From a virus (taxonomy: Duplodnaviria > Caudoviricetes): a DNA stretch of 64,000 bases. Below the pieces are notes generated by a model. It did no database searches. It saw only the letters and a program-made list of their open reading frames with translations, and had not been told where the DNA came from. This document shows, one piece after another, positions 55,479 through 64,000 of this stretch (positions within the stretch are counted from its first letter, which is position 1; each line of letters opens with the position of its first letter). Made by a program: the position numbers and the translations under genes. The stretch is taken from the IMG/VR virus record IMGVR_UViG_3300009168_000007, positions 534-64,533 of that record. The stretch is one strand, 5' to 3'.

Positions 55479-58466
55479 TTAACTCCTATTCCGCGCGCGC
55501 ATGAGCGCATACGTTTGATCTTCATCGATTTGTTTTTTTGATTTCACAAATGTGCCCGGATCGGGCGTGATAATATTCCAACTATTATTGATGTTAAATA
55601 CACGCTCCCCACCGCCACGTACTTCGACGGGGATTCTTTCCCCCGAAGGAATGGGAAGAAAAGCTTCCCTACGGTACTTTTCCCCCGCAAGGATCGTTGG
55701 GCCATTTGTAATTCCGGACGTGCTATGTGTACGCGTGGGCATGGAACCTCCGTCGCCAAACATCATAGATTTTGGGATCCACACGCCCCCGTTCGCCGCG
55801 GGCATGGGGCCAATAAAATTGGGTGATCCCGGTGCAGGAGCTTTACCACCGCCGAATAATCCGCCCAACCAATTGAATAATCCTCCACCACCCTGAGCCA
55901 TATTTCCTAAACCCCCTGTCATATCTCCCCCCATCATACTCGCCATCATGGGACGCACGACCATGGCCCGAGTGATCTCCGATACCATCATATCGGAGAA
56001 TGCTTTCATGTCGAATGTTCCTTTTGTGATAAACTCCGTGAGCATGTCTTCAAGTCCCGAAAAAGCCTTTGACATAACGTCATAGGTTGTCTTTGCCGCG
56101 TCCGTCGCGGCATCTTTATAGTCCTTGAACGCAACCTTAGCACCCGACAGCCAAGAATTTTCTTGTAACATAAGTTGTTTCTCTTGTTCCTGTTGACGCT
56201 TGAACGCCGCCGTCATGGCGTTCGCATAAGTCGTATGATTGATCAAACCTTCACCGACCAATTTATGAAGTTCCTTCACCGTCTTATTATATTCAGCCAT
56301 GGCGTCGAACTGGCGCCGATATCCATCCGCCAATTGCTCCAAGGCCTCTTGTTGTTTCTTTAACTCTTCGTTGCGACGCTTGAGTTCGTCCGCGTTTATT
56401 TTTGCAACATCTGCGTTATATTTCTTTTCAAGACTGATAAGAACCTCATTTGTGGCGGATCTCATAGCTTTCTCTTGCTCCGCCGAAAGCCCCTTTGTTG
56501 CCAACCGATCAGTAAGCGCCCGTTCGAGTTGCAACTTTCCTTCATCATATTCAAATTTAGTCTGACTAAGTCTTTGTTCCACACCCTCAAGTCCTAACTG
56601 CACGGACTCATGTTCATACCGGCGGCGAAGATCCGACATACTTTGAATATAATCCTTATACATGTCGGCGGCTTTTTCTTGTTCCTGTTTTTGTTTCTTT
56701 TGTGTTTCCTCATCGCTAGCCATATTAATAGGTGTTGGAGTTCGAGTAGGATCGGCATATCGACCTAATCCTTTTTTACCTATATTCTCAATCGACCGTT
56801 GATAATCATCTAATACTCCTTTGCGCAATTCCTCAAAATATGAAGCCGAAGGAGGAATAATTTGGCCCTCGATCATTACGCCCGAGAGTTTGCCGATAGT
56901 CTTATTGTATATATCAGCAATCCCATTTAACGTATTTGTAAAAACGGTGATTACTTTCGACAGGTCCTCGGCCATATTAATCTGAAATAAATTAAAGGTA
57001 GTAGTCATCCCTGTCACTTTAGCTTCCCAAATATCCGATACCATATTAATAGTATCAGCAAGTTTTTGGAGCAAATAAATTGTTTCATCGATCGGAAGGT
57101 GCGCTAATAATCCATTCGAATCCTCTACCGCCTTGTTCCACTCAATCTGGGCTCCGGTTACAAGAGAGATAACGTGAGCCATGATCCGAATAATTCCTGA
57201 AATGGCGCTGAGGACCGCGGTGAAGCCCGCGCCCATCCACTCATCGTTCGCATCGACCCATTTCTCCGTCGCCTGTGTGACGGCAATCAATGAATCTAAG
57301 AACTGACTTGTTCCCTCCGAAGTCATAAGTCCGAGTTTCACGAGCACTTTATCAAGGCTATTCATCAACGTGTCCCACTTGGCGTTGACCGTGGTCTTAT
57401 AATCAGCCCATGCTTTTTCCGTCAAACCAAGCGATTGTTTCGTTCCGTCAAGCATCATTTTGACGCCAGCAAAGTCCTTGGCTTGTAGGGCAAGGATCCC
57501 CTGCATGGCTTCGATCGACCCGTAGAACTTACCGTAGTTAACCCCAGCATCATTCGCGGCCTTGTTGAGCATCTCCAATGCCGGTATCAAACCCTTCGTC
57601 TGAATCAATTGAATCGCGGTTTGGTAACCCATATCCTTCAGGGCTTTTGACATCTCTTCCGTCGGGTTGATTAACTTTTGGAATAGGTTCTTCAATGACG
57701 TGGCGGCGGTATGAGTATTCCCCGCCGTTAATGTAACTTGAGCAAGTGCCGCACCAAGTTCAAACGATGTTGCACCCGCGTTGTGGGCGATTGCGGATAC
57801 CTCACCTATGACTGAGGCGAGTTCCGCAAACGTAGTTTGGCCGTAATTTTCAATTACGAATAATAGATCTGATGCTTGGGTCGCGGTTTTAATCTCGCCC
57901 TCGAATGCGGCCATCATCTTTGTGAGCGCAAGAATAGCCGTGGCTTGGTCGAGGTGTGCGGCTTTGGAGGCCTTTGATGCGACGGTAAGAAGATCAAGCG
58001 CATCGGCTCCCGCTTTTGCACCCGATGATATAGCATTATAATAGCCCGCGGCAAGATCGGATGGGCGTCCGAGGGCAGAGTCCAATGCCATAAGATCTTC
58101 CCTCATTTTGCCGAAAGGTGTACTTGTTACACGACCTAGATCGATGATGATAGATTGAAATTCCGCGGCACGACGGATAGCAGGAATAAGAGCCGCGGTC
58201 ATGGCCGCGACCCCCACGGTTACACCTGCGATAGCAAGACCGAGAGGGATCATGGTGCTACGTAGAGCCGTCGTACTTACGCCCATCTTTTCCAAGGTCT
58301 GCATGGCTCGACCCATTTTTCCTTGGTAGGCGTCAGTCTTCGTACCGGTCTGATCGAGTTGCATACCTAACTTGGCGAGAGTACCCTCGATCTTTTTTAC
58401 TTTTAAAGATCCGGAATCATCTACGTCGAACTCTAGGACGAGGGGTGGTAACTGGCTGACTGCCAT
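55479..58466 (-). CDS. tape measure protein
   Basis: ~995 aa Ala/Gly-rich helical protein with TP901-like core (G.TTF.ELA) and lambda-like C-terminus; start at MAVSQLPP. Confidence 0.92.
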   Translation of the reverse strand: MAVSQLPPLVLEFDVDDSGSLKVKKIEGTLAKLGMQLDQTGTKTDAYQGKMGRAMQTLEKMGVSTTALRSTMIPLGLAIAGVTVGVAAMTAALIPAIRRAAEFQSIIIDLGRVTSTPFGKMREDLMALDSALGRPSDLAAGYYNAISSGAKAGADALDLLTVASKASKAAHLDQATAILALTKMMAAFEGEIKTATQASDLLFVIENYGQTTFAELASVIGEVSAIAHNAGATSFELGAALAQVTLTAGNTHTAATSLKNLFQKLINPTEEMSKALKDMGYQTAIQLIQTKGLIPALEMLNKAANDAGVNYGKFYGSIEAMQGILALQAKDFAGVKMMLDGTKQSLGLTEKAWADYKTTVNAKWDTLMNSLDKVLVKLGLMTSEGTSQFLDSLIAVTQATEKWVDANDEWMGAGFTAVLSAISGIIRIMAHVISLVTGAQIEWNKAVEDSNGLLAHLPIDETIYLLQKLADTINMVSDIWEAKVTGMTTTFNLFQINMAEDLSKVITVFTNTLNGIADIYNKTIGKLSGVMIEGQIIPPSASYFEELRKGVLDDYQRSIENIGKKGLGRYADPTRTPTPINMASDEETQKKQKQEQEKAADMYKDYIQSMSDLRRRYEHESVQLGLEGVEQRLSQTKFEYDEGKLQLERALTDRLATKGLSAEQEKAMRSATNEVLISLEKKYNADVAKINADELKRRNEELKKQQEALEQLADGYRRQFDAMAEYNKTVKELHKLVGEGLINHTTYANAMTAAFKRQQEQEKQLMLQENSWLSGAKVAFKDYKDAATDAAKTTYDVMSKAFSGLEDMLTEFITKGTFDMKAFSDMMVSEITRAMVVRPMMASMMGGDMTGGLGNMAQGGGGLFNWLGGLFGGGKAPAPGSPNFIGPMPAANGGVWIPKSMMFGDGGSMPTRTHSTSGITNGPTILAGEKYRREAFLPIPSGERIPVEVRGGGERVFNINNSWNIITPDPGTFVKSKKQIDEDQTYALMRARNRS

Positions 58467-58866
58467 GATCGTCTCGTTTCTGCTTCTCTTGTTGCTCTCG
58501 TTCTTGACGTTCCTTTTCTTGAACGCCAAGTACTATCTCCTCTACGACACGTGCTTGATCGAAGAGAGATAGTTGAAAATCAGGGCCGAGTCCTTCCAGT
58601 TCCATGACCCTAAAAAATACGGCCCAATCGAACGTCCCATTCGCATTTCGGCAAAGCCACGTACGTTCTAATATGCTATGAATGAGCATATTATCATGAT
58701 TGATTTGTGGCATTTCGTTCGGGCACGTATGGCACGGTAACCGTAGTCGGTGCCCGAGTTTTTCCTCTTTCTTTTTATATAATAGTTTACAAACCTCGTT
58801 ACAATGGCGAGGTCCGAAGTTGACGCTACGAGAAGCAATCCAACTCCAGACCTGCTTTAGTTTCCC
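58417..58866 (-). CDS. tail assembly chaperone, -1 frameshift extension (gpGT-like)
   Basis: Slippery G-GGA-AAC at 58866-58860; -1 frame open through 58417. Confidence 0.8.
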   Translation of the reverse strand, partial: GKLKQVWSWIASRSVNFGPRHCNEVCKLLYKKKEEKLGHRLRLPCHTCPNEMPQINHDNMLIHSILERTWLCRNANGTFDWAVFFRVMELEGLGPDFQLSLFDQARVVEEIVLGVQEKERQEREQQEKQKRDDHGSQPVTTPRPRVRRR

Positions 58867-59279
58867 ATTGCAACATCTTCTTTTTTGTCCTCAGGCACGT
58901 CCTCCTCGTCATCAAGGACGTGCGTCTCATCCTGGAACATTGCGAGCATGACGAGATTCGCGAAACTTGCACACCTTTCCGAAAGTAATTTTTTATTCTC
59001 AGGGGTGCATGGTAGGCTATGGCCATCTGGCCCACAAATATCATCCCAATCAACCACGGACGTGACGAAGCGTTCATTATCTCTAGCCGCGACATTGATT
59101 ACGGCCTTACCCTTATTGTGTTTGGTGTACCGTTTCTCAATTGCGAACTCTTGAGTACGAGACAACTTACGGTAAAAAATAGTAAAATGACTTTTACTGT
59201 AAACCGTACCTTCGAATGCTTTGTTCGTGTTATCGATCGATTGGTTTTCTGACCTAGTTAAATCTAATATTAATGTCAT
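58857..59279 (-). CDS. tail assembly chaperone (gpG-like)
   Basis: VVDWDDI...LPCTPENK; between tail tube and tape measure genes. Confidence 0.85.
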   Translation of the reverse strand: MTLILDLTRSENQSIDNTNKAFEGTVYSKSHFTIFYRKLSRTQEFAIEKRYTKHNKGKAVINVAARDNERFVTSVVDWDDICGPDGHSLPCTPENKKLLSERCASFANLVMLAMFQDETHVLDDEEDVPEDKKEDVAMGN

Positions 59280-59308
59280 TGGTGGTCTCCTTGTAAATAG
59301 ATTATATA

Positions 59309-60772
59309 TTAAGCATCATACGCCGGATTCAGATTGACTAAAGTTACCTTTATTGCTGTTGCATCCGCATCATCTTGGTAATATGCCTGGAAATCAAGAT
59401 CAAGAACAACCCCCTGCGGACCAGCAATATCAGGTGAAGAGAACTGATACTCAAGTTCATCAATATTAAATGTCAACGAACTTTCTCCATCAGGATGCGT
59501 GAACGCTAGTTCAAGTGAAGTCTCCGTATCTTCGTTCGCTTTTTCAAGAATTGTGTCGTCTTCGAATACAGCCGAGATCGACCCACTGACACCGGCGATA
59601 CCTGACGGAAGTCTACGACGAACACCACCACCGCCGATCGTGAACCCGTCACCATCGAGATTATTTGATACATTCATGGAGAGTGTACGTAACAATTCGG
59701 TCGATACTCCACCCTCCTTTGCTGAACCATCCGCCATCTCATAACGTGAGAATGTATGCTCAGCTATATCGATCGCCCCACCGCCAATATAATCAGCATT
59801 ATGAAGAATGGCTTGTACAGTTTTTGTAGATACTTGACCAGGGTCGACCGATCCGCCACGAGTAGTTTTAGCCGTCATATTTGAACCATCCGTCTTTACG
59901 GTAATGAAAGCTACCTTATAATCCGTGTCATAAATGATCATATCATCAACGACCGCGTCCGCTTGGGCAGCCGAAAAATCTACATCCCCTGCCGCACCGA
60001 TCGTGATCGTGGAAGCAACTTTCACATCCGTTGATTTTACGTAAGTTGCCCCCATAATATCAAATGTAGCGATCAGTTGGTCCCCCGCTCCGTTTGCGGT
60101 AATTGACATACCGTTAATCTTGAGTCCTTTGAACAGTTGATAAATTGGGATATCGTGCGAACAATCGTGGGTCTCAAGAACAAATGACGGAAGTTCATCA
60201 CAACTATTCACCTTAAATACGTGAGAGAATATAATCCTCTTGATTGATACGACCGCTTTTGCTGGGCTAGCGGCCACATCCACTACTGTATCAAGTCCAT
60301 ACGCATCTACGAGCACACACACGGTCGTGCTTGTGATCGATTTAATATACGCGGTGACGTTCGTATTATAAATAATTTGATCACCCACCTGCCATGCCGT
60401 TTGTTCGACCGATAACGTAGCTACTCCTGATGATATTACAATATTCGGTGCCCCCGTCTTAATATCGTCCGGCGTCGATGGAGTAGTCGTCGGATTACCA
60501 AGAAGCATAGCGAGATGATGTCCAAAGTTTACACGATCAACGGGTACGACAAGTTGCCCCGTTACATCCTTGTTCCCCTTGAACGGTTTCATCGGATTCC
60601 GATTACCTCGTAACGTCGGGGACGTGTTCTTCGGGGTAACCGCCTTAATTGTGCATGAGTTATACGGGATCTTACGAGGTTTCTTTAAGGCCTCGGATTT
60701 TAGCGTCTTATAAGACGCCTCACGGTCCCAGTACAATGTCGTGGATGCTCCACGTGCTTGTTCGTTTGCCAT
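59309..60772 (-). CDS. major tail tube protein with inserted accessory domains
   Basis: QARGA..E..Y, NNLD..F.IG, VSGSI.A.FED, P.I.GP.GV...F.AYY. Confidence 0.85.
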   Translation of the reverse strand: MANEQARGASTTLYWDREASYKTLKSEALKKPRKIPYNSCTIKAVTPKNTSPTLRGNRNPMKPFKGNKDVTGQLVVPVDRVNFGHHLAMLLGNPTTTPSTPDDIKTGAPNIVISSGVATLSVEQTAWQVGDQIIYNTNVTAYIKSITSTTVCVLVDAYGLDTVVDVAASPAKAVVSIKRIIFSHVFKVNSCDELPSFVLETHDCSHDIPIYQLFKGLKINGMSITANGAGDQLIATFDIMGATYVKSTDVKVASTITIGAAGDVDFSAAQADAVVDDMIIYDTDYKVAFITVKTDGSNMTAKTTRGGSVDPGQVSTKTVQAILHNADYIGGGAIDIAEHTFSRYEMADGSAKEGGVSTELLRTLSMNVSNNLDGDGFTIGGGGVRRRLPSGIAGVSGSISAVFEDDTILEKANEDTETSLELAFTHPDGESSLTFNIDELEYQFSSPDIAGPQGVVLDLDFQAYYQDDADATAIKVTLVNLNPAYDA

Positions 60773-60784
60773 TTCTTGCCTCCG

Positions 60785-61216
60785 TTACGTGATAATATCG
60801 AATGGTATATTATAATTCTCTTGGTACCACCCCTTACGGGCTTCATCCACTTCCGTGGGTGACATGGTAAAGGAGGTTCCAAACTCTAATCGACAATTCC
60901 CTTCCGTGCCGACTAAAAACTTCTTACGCACGAGAAGTGTATCGAGCGTATCGGCAATTGTTTCTATATCCCCATGTCCCGTGCCTTTGCGCACGAACAT
61001 TTGGATCGTCAACGTACATGAGTGTCGTTCACCCAATTTCTGGGCAAGGTTTAATGTCTCATGTGTGGAATCCGCGGCGAACACAAACAAAGCAATATAT
61101 TGTGTCAAGGCGTCAGTGACTAACTCCCTATTCATGAATTGGATACTAGTCAATGTCCATGACGTGTTGAACAAGGTCTCGATCTTTCGGTATGCTAGAT
61201 TATTTATATTAACCAC
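60785..61216 (-). CDS. tail terminator/completion protein
   Basis: Size, position and IQMFV..G.G...WYQ.N..IPF pattern. Confidence 0.7.
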   Translation of the reverse strand: MVNINNLAYRKIETLFNTSWTLTSIQFMNRELVTDALTQYIALFVFAADSTHETLNLAQKLGERHSCTLTIQMFVRKGTGHGDIETIADTLDTLLVRKKFLVGTEGNCRLEFGTSFTMSPTEVDEARKGWYQENYNIPFDIIT

Positions 61217-61658
61217 GGTATCCCACCGCCTGTCTCCAAAGTTTAATGGCTCTTTCTCGACCCAGCACGTAGATCCCCTTTGGGGCTTGTTTGCTGTGGC
61301 CCATTTCTAATTTCCACGCGTAAGCGACGGAGTTAGAAATATAAACGGTAAACTTCTTTTGATTTCCCCATCCCTTTTTTATTTGATCGACAACCGACTT
61401 TGCTTTTGTGATGCTCGTGGCTGCATTATGTAACGTACATTTCGGCGTGATCAGGGTTTTTCCCGACGTGTTGAGACTACCGATATTAATTTCATGACTT
61501 GCCCTGTACCTCCCCGTATCGACCGGTGAGATATAAACCATGTACGTGTACGTCGAGAATATAATCTCCCTCGCGATCTTGTATTGTTGGTCGATCGACT
61601 GCGAGGCTACAGCCCCGAACACCTTGAGTATATCGTCCATGTTGTGGTGTTTCATCAC
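61209..61658 (-). CDS. HK97 gp10-like neck protein
   Basis: SPVDTGRYRAS, YISNSVAYA..LE.GHSKQAP.G. Confidence 0.85.
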   Translation of the reverse strand: MMKHHNMDDILKVFGAVASQSIDQQYKIAREIIFSTYTYMVYISPVDTGRYRASHEINIGSLNTSGKTLITPKCTLHNAATSITKAKSVVDQIKKGWGNQKKFTVYISNSVAYAWKLEMGHSKQAPKGIYVLGRERAIKLWRQAVGYRG

Positions 61659-62050
61659 AGTCTCCTAGCAATCACCATCCACGTTAAAGTTGTGGCGCCT
61701 AAACTTCTCGGATTAATATCGACAATCTGATACTTAAGTCCACCGATCGTAAGCGTGTCCTTGGATGAAAGATCCGTGGGCACAGTACCGTTCACACGAC
61801 TGATCGTTACAAAGAGATCTCCCCGTTCTAGGATCTCTATCTTGGATACATCCTCCAACGTGGCTGCCCGAATGGCCGCGGTCACAGTGTAAGTTGCGGT
61901 TGTGTCGGTCGATTTACCCGTCGATGGAACGAACGCGCCCCTTGTGATACGGGTGATCGTTATACTTGTTGTAAATGTTAATCCTGGGACCATGGCCCCA
62001 CTGAAAACATTCTTTACGATATTACTGATGACCGTGTTAATAACAGGCAT
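61655..62050 (-). CDS. head closure protein
   Basis: G.F.P.TG, GD..V, D.LTIGG..YQIV pattern and position. Confidence 0.65.
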   Translation of the reverse strand: MPVINTVISNIVKNVFSGAMVPGLTFTTSITITRITRGAFVPSTGKSTDTTATYTVTAAIRAATLEDVSKIEILERGDLFVTISRVNGTVPTDLSSKDTLTIGGLKYQIVDINPRSLGATTLTWMVIARRL

Positions 62051-62052
62051 AA

Positions 62053-62301
62053 TTATTCCACGTAACTTTTCTTTCCCATGAAGGTCCTTATTGTAACAAC
62101 CTCCTGGAACGCATTTGAATCAAAATCGTCGGCCGCAAGTTCAAATAACTTTTTCGCATCACTTACTTCGACTTCGTTATCGACCACGGCCGTTTGAAAT
62201 GACATCAATCTTCCGAATAACTTACTGTCCACGTCCTCAAACTCGTCGAAAAATCCTTCGTTACTATCCTTCTTTCCCCCTATCCATCGCTCGGTCATCA
62301 T
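62053..62301 (-). CDS. small acidic hypothetical protein (candidate immunity)
   Basis: Follows toxin-like ORF; strongly acidic. Confidence 0.55.
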   Translation of the reverse strand: MMTERWIGGKKDSNEGFFDEFEDVDSKLFGRLMSFQTAVVDNEVEVSDAKKLFELAADDFDSNAFQEVVTIRTFMGKKSYVE

Positions 62302-62303
62302 GA

Positions 62304-62522
62304 TTATCCTTTCTCGTATTGAATCCCATTGTCCCCCGGAAATGGTTCTAAATGGGGATTATTGCCCAATGAGATCTCATCGGGAATCCCATCGGGAAAT
62401 GCTGCACATGTATAGTTACCCGTATCCGTCGTAAATGAACCATCCTTTTCTACCGGAGCCGTATTAGCGACTCCAAAGAAAAATTTACATTTACGAATAT
62501 GGCACTTCGGTTCCATCATCAT
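62304..62522 (-). CDS. small Cys/His protein (candidate immunity partner)
   Basis: C...C..F...CAAFPDGIP..I..G...H..P.PGDNGI.YE; ATGA-coupled to upstream ORF. Confidence 0.65.
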   Translation of the reverse strand: MMMEPKCHIRKCKFFFGVANTAPVEKDGSFTTDTGNYTCAAFPDGIPDEISLGNNPHLEPFPGDNGIQYEKG

Positions 62523-64000
62523 GTCGATCCTCCGTATACGATCTCCTTTATAAAGTCCTCTAATTCTTTCGGGAGTAGTCCACGGTCCCCATACTCTGGA
62601 TGAAGATAAGCCGCAAAAGCCTCCGCGAACATCTCCAATTCCGTCGAATCAGCATAACGAGAGATCTTATCCTTTATTATACCCTGATTTTTGAACTTTG
62701 TAAATAGTTCGAGAACCTTAACTTTTTGTCTCTCTGTTATAATATTATGATAAATATAATGACCATATTCATGAGTCGTAACGGTCTCTATATCCTGGCC
62801 GATCGACCACTCACCAAACTTTAACGTGCCTCTTTGACGCTTAAGCAATGGGGCGCGTAATTCGATCAATCTCGTATTATTTGCAAATGTGTATGAATAG
62901 GCTCCTACTGCATTCCGTGACCCAGTTATCGGACCCGATTTTAATTCAAATAATTTAAGTCTACGAGTTTGGCGTACATTGGCCAACTTTTCATACAAAA
63001 ATTCCGACTTATTCCAGATACTTGTTAATGCTTTACCGATACCATTATAAATTTCCTGAGCATTCGTTACCCCCTCCTCCGCCTTGCTCTTTGTCATCAT
63101 ATTAAACGTGTTCTTAAGTTCAACAAGTGACCAGGTCGCTTTTTCTTCGATCTTCATGATCGGTGCGGGTAACACACTCTCGGCAACCTGCTTATATCCG
63201 ATGTACTTTTTGTATTTTGCGAGAGCGTCTATATCCGTGTCGAAATCCATGCCGCCTGACCATTCACGATCACGGAGGATCCACTTACCGATCGATTGCG
63301 AGAATGCATCAGGACCTCGCCCCATTGCTACATTACGCTCAAGATTCGCGAGATCCCAGATCGATCGTGGATCGACCTCGCTCACGAGCCGTCGTGCATA
63401 ATTATATTCTTCCGGCGTAAATACCCGTGTCAGGGTATCTCTCTGCTCAATCAACCAATCACTAATATCGACTCGCAACTTATCCCATTCTTCTTGCTTC
63501 GGGATAAATCCCGCCCGTGCCCAGGCATAGGATCCGTCCTCTAATCCGGCCGTCAATTTAATACGTCGTACTCCTATGTCTTCATACAAACTCATCCAAT
63601 TTCGTGCTATAATTTTAGCAATTCCTTGACCACGGAATCTTGGGTCAAGTTCAAGTATCGTATGATCGACAACCTTACGGTTGTTGGCCCCGCGAAAGAT
63701 TTCACGTATAACGTGAACATCATTTGCAAAGCGATCAAGGCTCGTTCCGTTCTCCACGAGTCCTGCGTTCATAATAAAAGTGTTTCCGCTACGATACAAA
63801 CTAACATTCTTTAATGTGAACTTGTCCTCTAATCCATTACCGAAACCCTTATAGAAATCACGCGGTGGGATTCCGATCAGGTCATTGTATAACGTGGCTA
63901 GTTGGTCATCTCTACGATCAAGCGTAAATCCTGCATCCAATAAGTTGTTCGTCGTAAACCTTGGATTTGTAACGGGTTTCCCGAACGGTGGTGGAACCTC
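62519..64000 (-). CDS. GNAT-like acetyltransferase + zincin metalloprotease polyprotein (runs off right edge; probably C-terminal part of MuF)
   Basis: Frame open to 64000 (EVPPPFGKP...); LDPRFRGQGIAK and GSYAWARAGF; THEYGHY and EMFAEAFAAY. Confidence 0.8.
   Translation of the reverse strand, partial: EVPPPFGKPVTNPRFTTNNLLDAGFTLDRRDDQLATLYNDLIGIPPRDFYKGFGNGLEDKFTLKNVSLYRSGNTFIMNAGLVENGTSLDRFANDVHVIREIFRGANNRKVVDHTILELDPRFRGQGIAKIIARNWMSLYEDIGVRRIKLTAGLEDGSYAWARAGFIPKQEEWDKLRVDISDWLIEQRDTLTRVFTPEEYNYARRLVSEVDPRSIWDLANLERNVAMGRGPDAFSQSIGKWILRDREWSGGMDFDTDIDALAKYKKYIGYKQVAESVLPAPIMKIEEKATWSLVELKNTFNMMTKSKAEEGVTNAQEIYNGIGKALTSIWNKSEFLYEKLANVRQTRRLKLFELKSGPITGSRNAVGAYSYTFANNTRLIELRAPLLKRQRGTLKFGEWSIGQDIETVTTHEYGHYIYHNIITERQKVKVLELFTKFKNQGIIKDKISRYADSTELEMFAEAFAAYLHPEYGDRGLLPKELEDFIKEIVYGGST

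Noticed and set aside
1-64000. Integrase, repressor, reverse transcriptase/DGR, intron or intein
   Set aside because: No tyrosine/serine recombinase, RT or splicing motifs recognised; polymerase, helicases and terminase appear uninterrupted (sequence outside the window cannot be excluded)

Overview
The window is most of a >64 kb tailed dsDNA (siphovirus-type) phage genome, probably circularly permuted, with no integrase, repressor, tRNA or CRISPR array recognised. Minus strand 11,088 to 1 and 64,000 to 44,619 is the late/virion operon: terminases, portal, scaffold, capsid, adaptor, a MuF head protein that runs off the left edge and probably continues as the GNAT+metalloprotease ORF entering at the right edge, neck, tail tube, frameshifted chaperone, tape measure, GTA-like baseplate, tail spike and holin. 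An AT-rich ~1.5 kb non-coding gap (11.1-12.7 kb) separates this from the plus-strand arm. That arm has (i) an early array (12.7-24.9 kb) of small genes, many behind a near-identical sigma70-type promoter / leader hairpin / AACGACC-AAGGAGAAAGA unit, and (ii) a nucleotide-metabolism and replication block (SAM methyltransferase, UDG-like, MazG-dNMP kinase fusion, ThyX, dCMP deaminase, helicases, primase, thymidylate-synthase homologue, PolA, lysozyme). Best leads: a predicted cytosine-modification pathway, a candidate small RNA antisense to the shared leader of the early cassettes, the shuffled promoter-cassette array itself (which includes a TadG-like pseudopilin), a MuF protein with two enzymatic cargo domains, and several signal-peptide-bearing proteins inside the virion operon. 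All family assignments are from motif recognition by eye; no database searches were run.
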